DNA of 64,000 nt from Octopus bimaculoides (taxonomy: Eukaryota): NCBI RefSeq assembly GCF_001194135.2, contig NC_068988.1, forward strand, positions 21,188,175 through 21,252,174, read 5' to 3'. The notes beneath the pieces were generated by a model that ran no database searches, was not told the DNA's origin, and saw nothing but the letters and a program-made list of their open reading frames with translations. Each line of letters opens with the position of its first letter. Within the stretch, counting starts at the first letter, position 1. Below are positions 1 to 64,000 of this stretch, in pieces. Position numbers and translations under genes: made by a program.

Positions 1-146
1 ATAAATATTATAAACAGCATACACCGTGTATAATATAATATAATAATAAGTCTTTGAGGGCTGAAAGAAAGCCTTATTGTTACTGTCTTTTAATTACAAG
101 GGGAGGGTTTTCATCTGACCCTCTCAACAAAACTCAGGACTTCACG

Positions 147-63188
<63,042 letters not shown>

Positions 63189-63329
63189 GTAAGTAGTTTG
63201 ACACTTTACTAACCGTTCATATTAAAATAACTACTTCTCACTCACAGCATTTACTTCCTATTTGTTGTTGAATGTTATTTTACTCATCCATGTATTTTAT
63301 TATTGTTCCTCTCTTTCTTTATTTTACAG

Positions 63330-63335
63330 GCATGA
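63330..63335 (+). CDS. nudE: Candidate terminal exon coding Ala-stop (GCA TGA), followed by putative 3'UTR
   Basis: Strong acceptor ttgttcctctctttctttattttacag| lies 141 nt after the exon 7 donor and is in frame. No transcript evidence available. Confidence 0.5.
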   Translation, partial: A

Positions 63336-64000
63336 TTATTATTATTATGATGAAAATCTGCTTTGATTCACATCTTAGCTAGTTGCCTCGATTAGCTCGC
63401 CTTTCTCTCATAGTGTTCCTGTAATCTGCAGACATTTCATTGACATGTTTAATGTTTTTATTTTTATTTTTGGCTTTTATTCTCTGGAAAGCTATGCAAG
63501 TATTGTTCTTTTTAATGCTGTTTTCCAAGAGAAAACTTAAACCAGCGCATGCCTTATTAATTCCGAGATGACTTCACTGAAATGCCATTCTCTGATTCGG
63601 TGTAGATATTTCAACTTTGCTAAGTTGCAATATAGTTGAAGATTGTTTTCTTCTCTGTGTTTCTAATGAGTCTGTATTCTTGGATATTTTTGAGAAATGT
63701 GAGACCTAACGGAAGTTGAATTAGTAGCAATGTTTTATTAATTGCTTATATTATGTTATGGGTTAATTGTTCAACTAAATACATATTCTGCCATCCACCC
63801 CTTGGCAAGACTAGTTTTATTTTAAAGTTGATTAATTAAATGTTAAGACAGACATCTAATTATTTTGGTATTGCAGTTCAGCATTATTTTTTTTTATAAC
63901 ATTTGAAAAAAACTTTTAATAGAATTAGAGAATAGTGTAACATTTGAACCTGTGCACAAATATTGAGAACCTGTTTGTTGTTTTGGAAGTATTTGTTTTC

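Overview
AT-rich, repeat-dense animal genomic DNA with 7 N-gaps. It is most likely from an octopod cephalopod, inferred from the SINE, mariner and microsatellite content. The window holds one protein-coding gene on the + strand, a NudE/NDE1/NDEL1-family dynein-LIS1 regulator. I assembled it from 7 coding exons with GT-AG introns and consistent phases (831 nt, 277 codons, from ATG at 147). Intron 1 is 38.9 kb. A candidate 2-codon terminal exon (GCA TGA, 63330) would truncate the protein right after the conserved KVG-A. The introns contain three mariner families (one near full length), Merlin-like MITEs (GGATC ends, 8-bp TSD), piggyBac-like MITEs (TTAA), a Helentron-type non-autonomous element, a Helitron helicase fossil, a Penelope end with a hammerhead-like core, RTE and CR1-like LINE remnants, and several tRNA-derived SINE families with shared modules. 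No true tRNA, rRNA or CRISPR array was seen. Repeat boundaries without a stated TSD or TIR are approximate. Family assignments and human NDEL1 residue numbers come from recalled motifs, not database searches.
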